From the NCBI GenBank assembly GCA_963833575.1, contig CAWHXY010000004.1:352001-416000 (forward strand): DNA of 64,000 nucleotides, written 5' to 3'. The DNA is from Candidatus Bathyarchaeota archaeon (GTDB taxonomy: Archaea; Thermoproteota; Bathyarchaeia; Bathyarchaeales; Bathycorpusculaceae). The position numbers were made by a program, and so were the translations under genes. Positions 21,021-31,461 of this stretch are shown here, one piece after another; position 1 is the first letter of the stretch; each line of letters starts with the position of its first letter. The notes under the pieces are model-generated. The model did not search any database. It worked only from the letters and a program-made list of their open reading frames with translations, and was not told the DNA's origin.

Positions 21021-23642
21021 TTATGCACGTTTTCTGAGTAAAACCAATCCGACTACGGCTATTGCAATAATTATAACGATTACTCCAACGACGTTGTATA
21101 TCATGAGGTCTGCTGTTGTTGCTAAGTTTGATGGAGCGGTTGTCGTCATTGGTGTTGCTGCCGGAGAGGTGGCTGTGAAAGATGTTTCTGCAGATGTTGG
21201 ATAGTATGATTCTGAGCCTGCGAAGGTAGCGATGACTTTGTAGTCTCCGGTGATGTCGGGTTTCCAGGTGAATGTGAACATGCCGCTAGTGTCGCTTGTG
21301 GTTGTTCCAACGTTTCTTAGGTTACCGTTTGAGTCAACGACGTCAATTGAGATAGGAACACCGGTTGCGTTTGATGGGGGGGTTTGCTGCATGTAAACGT
21401 ATTCCATCCATGCTGACATGCTTGAATCTGAAACTACTGGAAGGCCATTAGGGAAGTTCTTTGCTACTGCTTGCTGCTGTGCGCCTGCAGAGATATCAGT
21501 TATTGTGCCTCTGATTACTACTGGTGCGCCTGTGGTTGTAACTGTATCAGGTGCGGTAACAGTCATAGCGGTAGGTCCTTGTCCATAGGAGTATAGCTGG
21601 TTGTCATAGGCGTTGAGTACGGTCATTATGCCATCAACTATAGTTGCGCCGTTAGTGACGTCGAAGCCGTTTATGCTCCAGATGAGTTTTCCGTTAGTGC
21701 AGTTAATTGCTAGTTGCTGTGCTCCCCTAAACAACGGCGGGCTGTATTCGTGACCCTCGTTGAGGAACCACACGCCATCTGCAACTGATCCTCCGCTGAA
21801 GACCCAGAGCGGCCAAACACCATATGGAGTATCAGAGCCAGCGAGACCAGTTACTGCGTTAGTGCTTGTGTACCACAAGATGTTTCCGTTCAATATGTTA
21901 ACTGCCCACATGTCTCCACCGAAACCCATTATGTACATTACGCCATTTGCCAGAATAGTTTGGTAACCGCCGATGCTGTCGTATGGGTTTGGAACATCGA
22001 AGATTCCATTGCTGCCTGAAAGCTGTACCGGACCCCATGATAGAACACCTGTATTCATATTATATCCAGTTAGTACTCCTGTGGCTGATTGCAGCTCAAC
22101 AAATATTCCGTATCCTGCAGTCGTAACGCTTACTCTTGTATATGGTGTTAGAGTTCTGTTAGTAACCCATAGCTGTGCTCCAGTGTTGGCATCAAAACCT
22201 GCTTCTATTTGGTAGCCAGTGTTGAAGTATGTTGCGTTTCCTGCAGTGAGCAGAACTACTCCGCTGTTGACAGTGCTTATCGATAGAGGCGCGGGGAACG
22301 GAATGTTTGAGATGTTGGTTGGTAGTTGGTTTGTCCAAACTGTGCCGCGACCAAAGTCAATGAGGCTGCCTAACGCTGGTCTTAGCATCCAGTTCGCGAC
22401 TGTAACACCGGGTGTATATTGGCTGGTAGGATAAAGAATGGCTTGAGTAGAGTTCCACATGTTAAGGGTTGGCTTGCTAGGAACTGTAGTGTTTACGAAG
22501 TAGCCGATCAAGTCTCCGTTTGAGTCTTCTGTTAGGGACATGGAGGTGCCGTTTGCGATGCTTAGAATGTAGTTGCCGGTCATTGCATCATAGATGTTGT
22601 AGGTGAGTCCTGTCAATACGGCTGTTGACGATAGCGAAGCTCCGAGTGGGTTACCAGTTGTCCACAAATATGCGGTAGTTCCATATTGGTTGGGTGATAC
22701 ATATTGGAGTAATTGGCCGCATCTTAAGGTCTGTGTGGAATTGTATGTCCATAGGGTTTGTCCTGTGCGTAAGTCTACTGCAATCCATCCTGCGGGATAT
22801 GTGGATGCTCCTGGGTATAGCTCGTAGTACATGACACCGTTCATGATGATTGGTGCCCATTTTGGTTCGTACTGAGAGGTTGAGTAATAGTTGCTTGTGT
22901 CGGTTCCACCGAATTCTCCGCCCACTAAGCCTCCGAACGCTACTGGTTTTGTCCAGAGGATGTGCGCAGCGTTTGGTGCAGTAGTGTATGGGTTGTAGTC
23001 TCCAGTCAGATTATACTTGCCTGTGTTAGCGAAACTGTGTAGACCTAATCCTAGCCAGTTGCCGGTAATGTTGTACCATAAGCCGTTTGTTGATTGTACT
23101 GGTCGTGTCCAATAGTTTGATGGAAGTGGAGTTGTTGGAATTTGTGGTATTGGCTGTTGTTGTACTGAAAGGATTACAGAGGGACTTGTAGAAGCCATGA
23201 ATGTGTCGTTAATGTATTCATTTGTTTTTGCTGCTCCGTTTTCACCTGTCAATACTTGTCCGGGAAAATTCATTACAAACGTGTAGTTGCCGGTTTGACT
23301 TGGCGTATAATCAGTGTGTGTTCCTCCGGTATCGTCAGTGGTAAACGGACCTAGAGTTTCTGTGGTTCCATCCGGATGAGTGACTGTAACAGTCAAGCCA
23401 TGCCATCTGTCTCCTAATGCGCCGTTAGCAGTAGGCGGCGGTATTTGCAACCAAAAGTTAACATTAACTGTCTGACCAATGCCGCAGGGGTTTGGTGCTA
23501 CATTCATGTAAGCGTATGTTATGATATGATATGGTGGCGTATGTGCACTAGTATTCGGAAATAGCATCATTGAAGCGCCCATAGAAATTATTAATAACAT
23601 CGAGATCGTAATAGCTGCTGTTTTATTCTTACCAATTTGCAT
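21021..23642 (-). CDS. PQQ-binding-like beta-propeller surface protein, paralog 1
   Basis: Signal peptide; AHILWT, EHEYSPPL and NAYDNQLY motifs; Ig-like domain, Thr/Pro linker, C-terminal TM plus basic tail. Confidence 0.85.
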   Translation of the reverse strand: MQIGKNKTAAITISMLLIISMGASMMLFPNTSAHTPPYHIITYAYMNVAPNPCGIGQTVNVNFWLQIPPPTANGALGDRWHGLTVTVTHPDGTTETLGPFTTDDTGGTHTDYTPSQTGNYTFVMNFPGQVLTGENGAAKTNEYINDTFMASTSPSVILSVQQQPIPQIPTTPLPSNYWTRPVQSTNGLWYNITGNWLGLGLHSFANTGKYNLTGDYNPYTTAPNAAHILWTKPVAFGGLVGGEFGGTDTSNYYSTSQYEPKWAPIIMNGVMYYELYPGASTYPAGWIAVDLRTGQTLWTYNSTQTLRCGQLLQYVSPNQYGTTAYLWTTGNPLGASLSSTAVLTGLTYNIYDAMTGNYILSIANGTSMSLTEDSNGDLIGYFVNTTVPSKPTLNMWNSTQAILYPTSQYTPGVTVANWMLRPALGSLIDFGRGTVWTNQLPTNISNIPFPAPLSISTVNSGVVLLTAGNATYFNTGYQIEAGFDANTGAQLWVTNRTLTPYTRVSVTTAGYGIFVELQSATGVLTGYNMNTGVLSWGPVQLSGSNGIFDVPNPYDSIGGYQTILANGVMYIMGFGGDMWAVNILNGNILWYTSTNAVTGLAGSDTPYGVWPLWVFSGGSVADGVWFLNEGHEYSPPLFRGAQQLAINCTNGKLIWSINGFDVTNGATIVDGIMTVLNAYDNQLYSYGQGPTAMTVTAPDTVTTTGAPVVIRGTITDISAGAQQQAVAKNFPNGLPVVSDSSMSAWMEYVYMQQTPPSNATGVPISIDVVDSNGNLRNVGTTTSDTSGMFTFTWKPDITGDYKVIATFAGSESYYPTSAETSFTATSPAATPMTTTAPSNLATTADLMIYNVVGVIVIIIAIAVVGLVLLRKRA

Positions 23643-24011
23643 TTTTGTTTTTTCTCCTAAATGTGTTTTTGTGCTGAGAAAAAGTAATGAATACTTTTCC
23701 CAACTCTGGACTTGTTTGTTAATGTTCTTTTAAATAACTTGTGTAATTTTTCTTTCTTGTAACAGTTTAAAAAAAGTTATTTGATGCCAGGTAAATGAGT
23801 TGAATTTGAATTATTCAGAAACATTATCTTCCAAAAAAGTGAGGGAAGACTTGTTACGCAGTCTTATTCGATGTTTTTCATAAATTTTCTGCTATTTGAG
23901 TTGGTTTTTTAGCAAAAACTGCTTTATGCATTAATTCATTTAGTTGTTAGGAGATGAGAATATCATTCGGGGTTGATTTGGAAAAAAATATAAAAGGACT
24001 CCGTGTAATTA

Positions 24012-24956
24012 ATGGTTGAAAGAGAGAGATTAACTTTGAAAAAAACCATCGCCATTCTAATTATAGTATCTCTAATTTTACCTACACTTAGCGTGTTTAC
24101 TGCATTATCAGTTAATGCGCAAACGCAAGGTAGCACTTCCGAAGCGCAAATTATCAGTTACAGGTCATACGCTGCTCCTTCAAACACTGTACTAGCCAGC
24201 GCCGCTGGCGACTTAATTGTCGTCGGTGAAGTTCAAAATGTCGGTTCAAACGTGATAAGCAATATAACCGTTGAAGGTGTGGGCTTAAGTTCTGCTGGAC
24301 AGACTTTAACTACCGTTGTAACTCAAGCTTTTGTTTACGATATGCTTCCTGGGCAGAAGGCACCTTTCTATTTGGATTTAAATGCAGGCAGTACAACCCA
24401 AGGTCAAAACTTGGTGTCCTCAGTTAGCACTTTCAATATTTCAGTGACTTCTGTTACAGACACTTTCGAAAGACAATATACAGGCTTAAAGATCCCAGAT
24501 ACTGGCCTTAGTGGCATTCTTGACCCAACCACAGGCATATACACTGCTGTAGGAACAATAGTGAATAACGGATCTCAAACAACTGGACAGGTTTGGGCTG
24601 TTGTATCATTCTATGACTCTGCAGGTAAACTTTTAAGCTTTAATTTTACAAATTACTTATCCGACTCGCTTAGACCAGGCGACGCAACAAGGTTTTTGGC
24701 AACTCCTGTAGATGACACATCTGACTTATCAAATCAAATTGTGACTTCTACCGCGACCATTGACTCCCTCACCAGTTCTCAATCGACTTCAGGGCAACCT
24801 ACCTCTTCGCCCACCGCCACACCAACATCAAGCGCCCAATTTCCAACGTTGCCAATAATAGTTGTAGTAGTTATTGTTGTGGTTGCAGTCGGTGCTCTGA
24901 TGTTACTGAGAAGACGCCAAAAGTTGCCGCCACCGCCTCCACCATCAACAGAATAA
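24012..24956 (+). CDS. FxLYD-like Ig-domain surface protein with C-terminal TM anchor
   Basis: Two repeats of GEVQNVG/GTIVNNG...SFYD...LxPG; Ser/Thr/Pro linker; TM helix; poly-Pro tail. Confidence 0.7.
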   Translation: MVERERLTLKKTIAILIIVSLILPTLSVFTALSVNAQTQGSTSEAQIISYRSYAAPSNTVLASAAGDLIVVGEVQNVGSNVISNITVEGVGLSSAGQTLTTVVTQAFVYDMLPGQKAPFYLDLNAGSTTQGQNLVSSVSTFNISVTSVTDTFERQYTGLKIPDTGLSGILDPTTGIYTAVGTIVNNGSQTTGQVWAVVSFYDSAGKLLSFNFTNYLSDSLRPGDATRFLATPVDDTSDLSNQIVTSTATIDSLTSSQSTSGQPTSSPTATPTSSAQFPTLPIIVVVVIVVVAVGALMLLRRRQKLPPPPPPSTE

Positions 24957-25135
24957 GGTTTTGCTTGAAACTCACCCTGTAAGAGCTTTTCTTTTTTCCT
25001 TTTTTCTTATGCTTTTTTTACTTTGATAACCGTTTGAAGAATAATTATTGGATTAAGGGTTGAATGTTATTAGAAATTGCGGGGTTCCAAGGGTAGCTTA
25101 CTAATTTTTTTGAGGGGAACTGGCGTATTTTTCTT

Positions 25136-25266
25136 ACTGTTTGGTTTTGGTTGCTTTTTTGATTTAGGTCTTAAATTGTTTGCAAGTTGAGTGCATTTTA
25201 ATCTTTTTTAAGCTAATTTAAGCCCTTTTAAGCTAGTTCAAGCTAGTTTAAGCTAGATTAATCGCA
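25136..25266 (-). repeat. Dispersed repeat copy F (AAACTAGCTT array plus tail)
   Basis: Inverted near-copy of 18335-18423, followed by the full tail ACCTAAATCAAAAAAGCAACC. Confidence 0.9.
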
Positions 25267-25359
25267 TAATCCCAAATAGCCGCACTAAAAACTGGCGTTG
25301 TAGATTGTAACATTCAGTTGTTTTGGGAGTTGCTTAATTTTGAGAGGCTTTTTCAATTT

Positions 25360-25470
25360 CCTTTTGCAGTTTTGGTTTTGTTTTGATTGCAAGTTGTGTG
25401 TACTTTTTTGTGCTAGAATTTGATAGGACGTGTTGATATGTGTTGAACACTGCCAAATTGTGCCAAAAAG
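25360..25470 (-). repeat. Degenerate dispersed repeat copy G
   Basis: Minus strand TTTTTGGCAC AATTTGGCAG TGTTCAACAC ATATCAACAC..., then CAACTTGCA and an A/C-rich tail. Confidence 0.5.
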
Positions 25471-25518
25471 CATTTATAATGTCTAAGAAAAAACGTGAAA
25501 ACGGGAATAGTTGTTAAT

Positions 25519-26070
25519 TCATTTTGTAGTTCTTTCTTGTGGTTCTTTGTATATTTCTTTTTTCCATTTTTGTTCCCAGCTTGCCCAACCCGTTTTAACC
25601 AGGCTTTCTCGTAAATGAGGGTTTTGAGCTACCCATTCGAGAAAACTCCAGAAACGCCTCTTGTTTAAGAGAAGCTCCCGCGGCACTCCCTTTTCAACAC
25701 ACCACCGAACATAGCCATCATCAACTAGTTGCCTAAGCTCGCCTGTTGCTTCAACTTTTTGGACTTTGAACCCTTGCTTTCGCAAATGTTCAATCATGGA
25801 AGAAAGAACATATTCTGAACAAACATGAAAACAAGTTTCGCTATCAGGCTGTAAAACATCCACAATTTCCTCTGCAATTTTCACTGCGTCAACTAAATAT
25901 TTTTTGTTTCCAAAGTTTGGGGGCTGAAAAGATGATGTGGGAATTCTGCGTTCCATAACCATTCGCCCAGGGGGTTTGAGCGCGCCCACGACCACACCAA
26001 GTAAGAGATCACCCCACCCTGAAGCATCTACCAAAATCATCTTACCTGGAAGATAACAATCCATCGCCAA
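25519..26070 (-). CDS. Hypothetical protein, possible RNase H-like fold
   Basis: ILVDASGWGDLLLGVVVG resembles the RNase HII-type first strand. Confidence 0.6.
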   Translation of the reverse strand: MAMDCYLPGKMILVDASGWGDLLLGVVVGALKPPGRMVMERRIPTSSFQPPNFGNKKYLVDAVKIAEEIVDVLQPDSETCFHVCSEYVLSSMIEHLRKQGFKVQKVEATGELRQLVDDGYVRWCVEKGVPRELLLNKRRFWSFLEWVAQNPHLRESLVKTGWASWEQKWKKEIYKEPQERTTK

Positions 26071-26288
26071 TCTTCAATCACTTTTCTGTTGTTAACAGTT
26101 CATGACGGTTTAACTTTAACTATTGTATACTTATTTTTAACTCAAAACAAATCGAGCATACTTAAAGGGGTACTCTTTGAAAGGCCGCTGTCCTTCTTGG
26201 AGCATACTCTTAACAAGAGTCGATAAGCCAAGCTATAGAAGTTTTTTCTTTTGTCATATATGCGAAAAGAGCAAATTAGAATTTACTG

Positions 26289-26354
26289 CTATTTGCCCGT
26301 TTTTGCTTCATGTTTTGCTTTTTTAGCTGCATTCTTCTTTTTCAGAGACGGCAT
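26289..26354 (-). CDS. 21-aa basic microprotein MPSLKKKNAAKKAKHEAKTGK
   Basis: ATG...TAG ORF with a TTTTAAG TATA-like box upstream; below the ORF-track length cutoff. Confidence 0.45.
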   Translation of the reverse strand: MPSLKKKNAAKKAKHEAKTGK

Positions 26355-26480
26355 AACAATTTACCAATCTTTATTTCTCCAAACGAAGCTTAAAAGACTT
26401 GTCACCCTTGCCGATTCTACATACACCCTTTTACCCAAGAAAAAACCAGTTCAACTGGTCGGTAAACCTACTGCAAAAGG

Positions 26481-27458
26481 CTAAACAACACTACTATTCT
26501 TTATTGGCTTCTTTGGCGAAAGAGTTTTGGTTATTTGCTTTAATTGATAGTCATTTAACAGAATTTCTGAGTTTTTAAGTCCAATAGTAGCGTTTTGGAG
26601 CATTTCGTAAAATCGGCTGCGCTCAACTAAATAGGTCTTTCTTATTTCGTAAGCAAAATGCAAGTCACCTTGGTCAGTCTCTACTTTACTTTTGTCATAT
26701 ATTTGGGCGAATTCAACAGGTATTTTGATTTGTCTCTTCGTCAAGTTGGCGATAAATGCTAAATCGCCTAGTTTCAGTTGCTTGAAAGAGCTGGGACCAA
26801 TATCAGGCATTACTGCGATTTTGGTTGGCCAATTGGTTTCCTTCTTAATTTTCCGATCAGACTGTTTTGATGTCTGTTCTGGAAGAGCGAAGTACCATGT
26901 GCTAATGTAATCATCTGTCCATTTTTTTATTTGCATCAAGGTTTTAGGTTTTTTTGTGGTCTTGATCGACTCATTCTTTTTTGAAATGCTCCATATTTTC
27001 TTGTAATTCTTTAGATCTCTGATTGGTTTTCCCTTCTCCCAAAGAGTAGTAAAGAAGCTTTTAACTTCGCCAACTTCTGCTCCATCAAGGAGTACTCCAG
27101 CTTCAACATTGTTTTCAAAATCAGTTTTAGTCAGATTTGCTGATGTAAGCAGAGCTGTTTTGTCAAAAATGTAGATTCGAGATTGAAAAGACTCAAGTGA
27201 CTTGACAATAGTGTTCTTAAAATGCTCCATGAAATACTCCACTTCGCAGGGATTAGTACCGCCTCTTTTCACAGCGTCATCAGTAATTGTGAAAATGAAT
27301 CGAATATCTGATGGAGGACTCTTCAGAATCTCTTGGGAAAAGATTTCGTGGGCCTCAAATCCAACTGAGGGAGAGCACACCCACATAACCTCTTTTGCTT
27401 CCCGGGATATTTGCTGAATCGTCTCGTAGAGTTTGACACCTGAAAGAAATGTAGCCAT
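26481..27458 (-). CDS. PLD-like (NgoFVII-type) domain protein with degenerate HKD motif
   Basis: CSP...FQSRIYIFDKTALLTSANLT...NVEAG; His and Lys of HxK are replaced by Gln and Arg. Confidence 0.7.
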   Translation of the reverse strand: MATFLSGVKLYETIQQISREAKEVMWVCSPSVGFEAHEIFSQEILKSPPSDIRFIFTITDDAVKRGGTNPCEVEYFMEHFKNTIVKSLESFQSRIYIFDKTALLTSANLTKTDFENNVEAGVLLDGAEVGEVKSFFTTLWEKGKPIRDLKNYKKIWSISKKNESIKTTKKPKTLMQIKKWTDDYISTWYFALPEQTSKQSDRKIKKETNWPTKIAVMPDIGPSSFKQLKLGDLAFIANLTKRQIKIPVEFAQIYDKSKVETDQGDLHFAYEIRKTYLVERSRFYEMLQNATIGLKNSEILLNDYQLKQITKTLSPKKPIKNSSVV

Positions 27459-27586
27459 AGCTTTAAATTAGCTTAATTGAATAAAAAATTTTCTTATAAT
27501 ACTCTTAGTCCTTATTGAAAACTAGCGGTTCAAAAAAATTGATAGATATTGGGAAAGAATGGCTATCCGCTTGAATCAAAGCACCC

Positions 27587-27742
27587 TTATTCTTTCTTTT
27601 CGCTACCGTGCATCTTCCACATTTCCTGCATTCGCATAGGCATCTTAGATATGGCATCTTTAGCCAAATCCATCAGTTCTTCGTTTACTTCAACTTCTAC
27701 CGTTAGTTTCAATTTGCCTTTCTTTTCGGCCATTTCAGTCAT
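27587..27742 (-). CDS. 51-aa small protein (MTEMAEKKGKLKLTVEVEVNEEL...)
   Basis: Strong AGGAGGTGG SD before ATG; overlaps the stop of the upstream gene. Confidence 0.65.
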   Translation of the reverse strand: MTEMAEKKGKLKLTVEVEVNEELMDLAKDAISKMPMRMQEMWKMHGSEKKE

Positions 27743-28052
27743 AGAACCACCTCCTAAACCTGCTTAGTTGACTTGGGAACAAGTTACCTAGAAGATAAAT
27801 CGCCTGTATACAGGTCGTATCCAAATTAATTTCAACCCGATAATGAAACTTACCTAAACGCTTAGTTTTAGTTTTATAATCTCCAATTGTGCCCGTTTCC
27901 TCGAATCTATGCAATTGCTGGTTTGTCAATAGTGTAATCGCAGTCGGCGCCAGAGGTTCAAAAACAAAAACAACTCTTAAAAGAACACGAATAGCACTTT
28001 CAACAAGTGATTCTGACAGAGATTCTCTCTTAGTCAATAATTTATCCTCCAA
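27735..28052 (-). CDS. Hypothetical protein
   Basis: 105-aa ORF coupled to the downstream small ORF. Confidence 0.5.
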   Translation of the reverse strand: MEDKLLTKRESLSESLVESAIRVLLRVVFVFEPLAPTAITLLTNQQLHRFEETGTIGDYKTKTKRLGKFHYRVEINLDTTCIQAIYLLGNLFPSQLSRFRRWFYD

Positions 28053-28155
28053 ATAATATTTTGAAGTAGGTAGAATGTAAAAAAGTTTCTCAAGGAGGGC
28101 TTAAGAATTATGCAATCAAGCAATATTCGCGATAATTTCAACGAAGTGTCTTAGT

Positions 28156-28725
28156 TTAGCTTTTGCAAGATTTTATGCATTCAACTAGCGATTTGAGGTT
28201 TCCTATGTCCTTATCTAATGTTATGAAGTTCCCAACATTGCTAATTGCGTAAATGGGAATTTTTACAACTACTTTGCTTACGAGAGGTTTTTTGAAGCCG
28301 AGTTCTGCGGCAGCCTCGTTATTTAAGATAACGTATAAACCTGTGACTTGCCAGTTGTCTGTTTCTATGTCTAAACCTTCCACTTCACCTATGGAAAAAC
28401 CAGTGGTGCCTACAATTTTTTTGCCATCTAACTTAGTGGATCCTATTTGGTTTTCTTTTTCTGCAATGTCTTTTAGATTTCTCACCGGCTCAACAAGTTC
28501 TATGACATCACCAACAACTTTGATCAACTGAGTTGGTAAACATATGACGATTTTGCTTAAGAATGGTTTTTTGAAGCTGAGTTCGTCTGTAGCCTCCTCA
28601 TTTAATCCAACGTAAAAAGCTGTGGCTTTCCAAGTGCTTAAGTCAAAGTATAAACCATCGAATTCCCCTAGAATGTAACCTTCAGATCCAACAACCTTTT
28701 TGCCCTTTAACACATTAGGATTCAT
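28156..28725 (-). CDS. Tandem PRC-barrel domain protein
   Basis: Two internal repeats of LxGKKVVG..G..GE..GL..D...W. Confidence 0.8.
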   Translation of the reverse strand: MNPNVLKGKKVVGSEGYILGEFDGLYFDLSTWKATAFYVGLNEEATDELSFKKPFLSKIVICLPTQLIKVVGDVIELVEPVRNLKDIAEKENQIGSTKLDGKKIVGTTGFSIGEVEGLDIETDNWQVTGLYVILNNEAAAELGFKKPLVSKVVVKIPIYAISNVGNFITLDKDIGNLKSLVECIKSCKS

Positions 28726-28958
28726 CGTAACTCACTCTTTTGCTAATTTGGATTGTTGAGAATAAATAGATTGCCTCAGTATCAGCTGATCAAACTTATG
28801 ACAAAACATAAGAAACTAAAAGTCAAATAAAAGGAAACTGAGTATCTGCCTTAAAATAGTTTTGCCGCCCTAACTTCAAAAACCAAAAATAACTTTCAAA
28901 GATTAACATAAAGAATTGAAGACTTTAGTAGCAATTCCTTTTCCATGCAGAATAGTGT

Positions 28959-29396
28959 TCAGAGTTTATCGGCGGCTAATGGATATCGACTCATCGCGGC
29001 AAGCATTACTTCACTGAAGGATTTTTTCCCTACGTGCCTCGCAAAATCTGAAGCAGCTATTATACCGACCAACACATCTTCCTTGACGACGGGGAGTCTC
29101 CTAATTCTGTACTTGACCATTTTCCTCGCTGCTTCTCTAAGTGAGGCATCCTCCTCGATTGTTATAAGTGGATTGGACATAATTTCAGAGATTTTAGTAT
29201 CAAGCGGTTTTTTCAGCGCCAATACCCTTCTAACCAAATCTCTTTCAGTAACTATGCCCTTGGCCTCAACGCCGTCCATAACAACAAGATCGCCAACGTC
29301 TTGATTGTGCATTAGTTTTGCAGCGTCAAGCACTGTTTCTTGAATATCAATTGTGATAACATTAGTTGCCATAAAATCTTTTACTGTTGGCATCAT
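28959..29396 (-). CDS. CBS-domain pair protein
   Basis: VKDFM, GIVTERD and IRRLPVV motifs. Confidence 0.9.
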   Translation of the reverse strand: MMPTVKDFMATNVITIDIQETVLDAAKLMHNQDVGDLVVMDGVEAKGIVTERDLVRRVLALKKPLDTKISEIMSNPLITIEEDASLREAARKMVKYRIRRLPVVKEDVLVGIIAASDFARHVGKKSFSEVMLAAMSRYPLAADKL

Positions 29397-29700
29397 TAGA
29401 AAAATCTATAAACTGACGTATAAGAGTTTTGCATAACAAAAATCCGGGTGCCACGCTATGAACTTCCTTAGTTTATGTTGTTTTACAGAATTAGAAGTTG
29501 CCATCTAGCATCCATGAAAATGCATTGCTTTTTCAGCGATCAAGTTTTGACACCTTTTATGTATTCATTATTCTAGTTACAGGTGCTCAGAAAAAAGCTT
29601 GCCACGATAGGATTAAACTGCGTCACGATTTGGAATTGACATTTATTAAAATAAAATGATTTTTGACTGTCATTAGGCTAAAAAAAGAAAGAAGATGTGT

Positions 29701-30264
29701 TTATGTTACTTTGACTTTCCGTTTTTGCTTAGGTATTTTTTTGGGAAGGGAAATTTCCAGAATGCCATCGTTTAAGTTAGCAGTAACTTCGTCGACCTTT
29801 ATTTCTTCAGGCAAATCTATTGTTCTATAGAATGTTTTGCATGCACGTTCTTTACATAAGTATTCGTGTTCTTTCTTGTCGTATTTCCATCCTGCATCGC
29901 CGGTAATTACAACAAAGTTGTCTTGGACGTCGATTTCGATGTTTTCCTTTTTGAAGCCTGGCATTTCCGCTTTTATGAGGAAGTCTTTTCCGCGGTCTTC
30001 AAGATCCATCGTTGGAACTCGAGTTTCTGGCATAAGAGAGAACGTATTAGCCCAAGTTGAGGGAAAAAGGAGGTCTTCAAAATCATTTCTAAATCGCTCA
30101 AAAGTGTCGTCAAACGCTTCATAAAGGTCTGAAGGAGACGTTGGGGTTAAAGTGGACTGTTTTTTAGGTGATTTAGCGATTGCCGCTGGCTTTTTCTTTG
30201 TTATTGCTAACTCAGTTTTTTTAGAAGTAGTGTCATTTTCAACTGGTTTTTTCTTTTCAGTCAT
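29701..30264 (-). CDS. Hsp20/alpha-crystallin small heat-shock protein
   Basis: AEMPG, ER, FYRTIDLP and ANLNDGILEISLPK motifs; likely start MTEKK. Confidence 0.9.
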   Translation of the reverse strand: MTEKKKPVENDTTSKKTELAITKKKPAAIAKSPKKQSTLTPTSPSDLYEAFDDTFERFRNDFEDLLFPSTWANTFSLMPETRVPTMDLEDRGKDFLIKAEMPGFKKENIEIDVQDNFVVITGDAGWKYDKKEHEYLCKERACKTFYRTIDLPEEIKVDEVTANLNDGILEISLPKKIPKQKRKVKVT

Positions 30265-30447
30265 AAAAATTCGCCTATAATATCCATGTTTTCGCAAGAA
30301 TTTATTGTTTACTTATTTACCTAGTTTATCAAATCTTGAAGGATGTAACGCGACAATTCTGTGATCCCAAGTTAGTCCAACTTGACAAGACGGTCATGGA
30401 AAGCTTTTATTAGGAAACAAATACAACTCCATTCGGAGAATTAAATA

Positions 30448-30960
30448 TTGAAAAATCTGGTTGTACATTATTCAAGAACTGAGACTACCAAATTTGGGGC
30501 AGAAACTATTGCTGCTGAGCTAGGTTCAGACATTGAAGAAATTGTTGATTTAAAGAAAAGAGAAAGCAAACTAAACTATATGAGTTCAGCCGGGAATGCT
30601 TCGGGTGGAAAAGAAACTAAGATCAGTCCAATTAACAGAGTTCCTTCAGATTATGACCTGATAATTATTGGGACTCCGATTTGCCTGGAGCCCCACACCA
30701 GCAATCAGAACCTACATAAAAAATAATAATTTGTCTGGAAAAAAGTAGCATTATTCTTCACGTTTGAAAATAATTTGCGTAAAGCTATAGAAAAAACCAA
30801 AGCCTTACTGCCCAACTCAATATTCGCCGGCGAACTCACTTTGGCCAAAGTCTTTAATGACAAAGAAGAGACAGCAAACAGAATCGCTGCTTGGTGCAAC
30901 AGTCTAAAAACCTCTTCAGGCCTTTTATCAAAGACAAACAAAGTTGATAATGACACTTAA
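30448..30960 (+). pseudogene. Frameshifted flavodoxin-like protein
   Basis: YSRTETT...IIGTPI in one frame continues as AWSPTPAIRTYIKNNNLSGKKVALFFT in another frame near 30682. Confidence 0.75.
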
Positions 30961-31002
30961 TTAAAACGTGAACTTGCCTATCCCAAATACCTGTTTTAAT
31001 GC

Positions 31003-31242
31003 TCAGTAATAAAGTAAAGGATGTTTACGTGCAGTTGAAAAAAACCCGAGCAGCAACAGCAATAATCCAACCAATACTATGAACCCGCCAACAAACAACG
31101 TCGCTGCTGACTCAGGGAGAACCGAAGCTGAACCAAAAGAACCACCATTTTGAACCATGCTTACAGATAAATAGGCTACAACTGTTCCTGCAAGTACAAA
31201 AATTAAGCCAAACACAAGATAATAACCAAACGAACTTGACAT
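31003..31242 (-). CDS. Small two-TM membrane protein
   Basis: Two hydrophobic segments; ATG start. Confidence 0.6.
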   Translation of the reverse strand: MSSSFGYYLVFGLIFVLAGTVVAYLSVSMVQNGGSFGSASVLPESAATLFVGGFIVLVGLLLLLLGFFSTARKHPLLYY

Positions 31243-31461
31243 AGCAGTACATCCACTGACAGATTTTTTGACGCTTCTTTCAGATGTTACAAACCTTGAC
31301 TTATCAAGTTTTTATTGTGCTGGAACATGCTTAAGTTTTATGAATTGAAAAACAAAATAACAAATAGTGTTAATTCCGTAAGAGATGATGCACTCGAAAA
31401 AAGCTCAAATTATGCCTCTACTAAAATGAATTAATAAATGTAAAAAAATGTTTTAGAGAGA

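Noticed and set aside
30448-30960. Programmed frameshift in the flavodoxin-like gene
   Set aside because: No slippery site at the break; it looks like a small deletion or sequencing error
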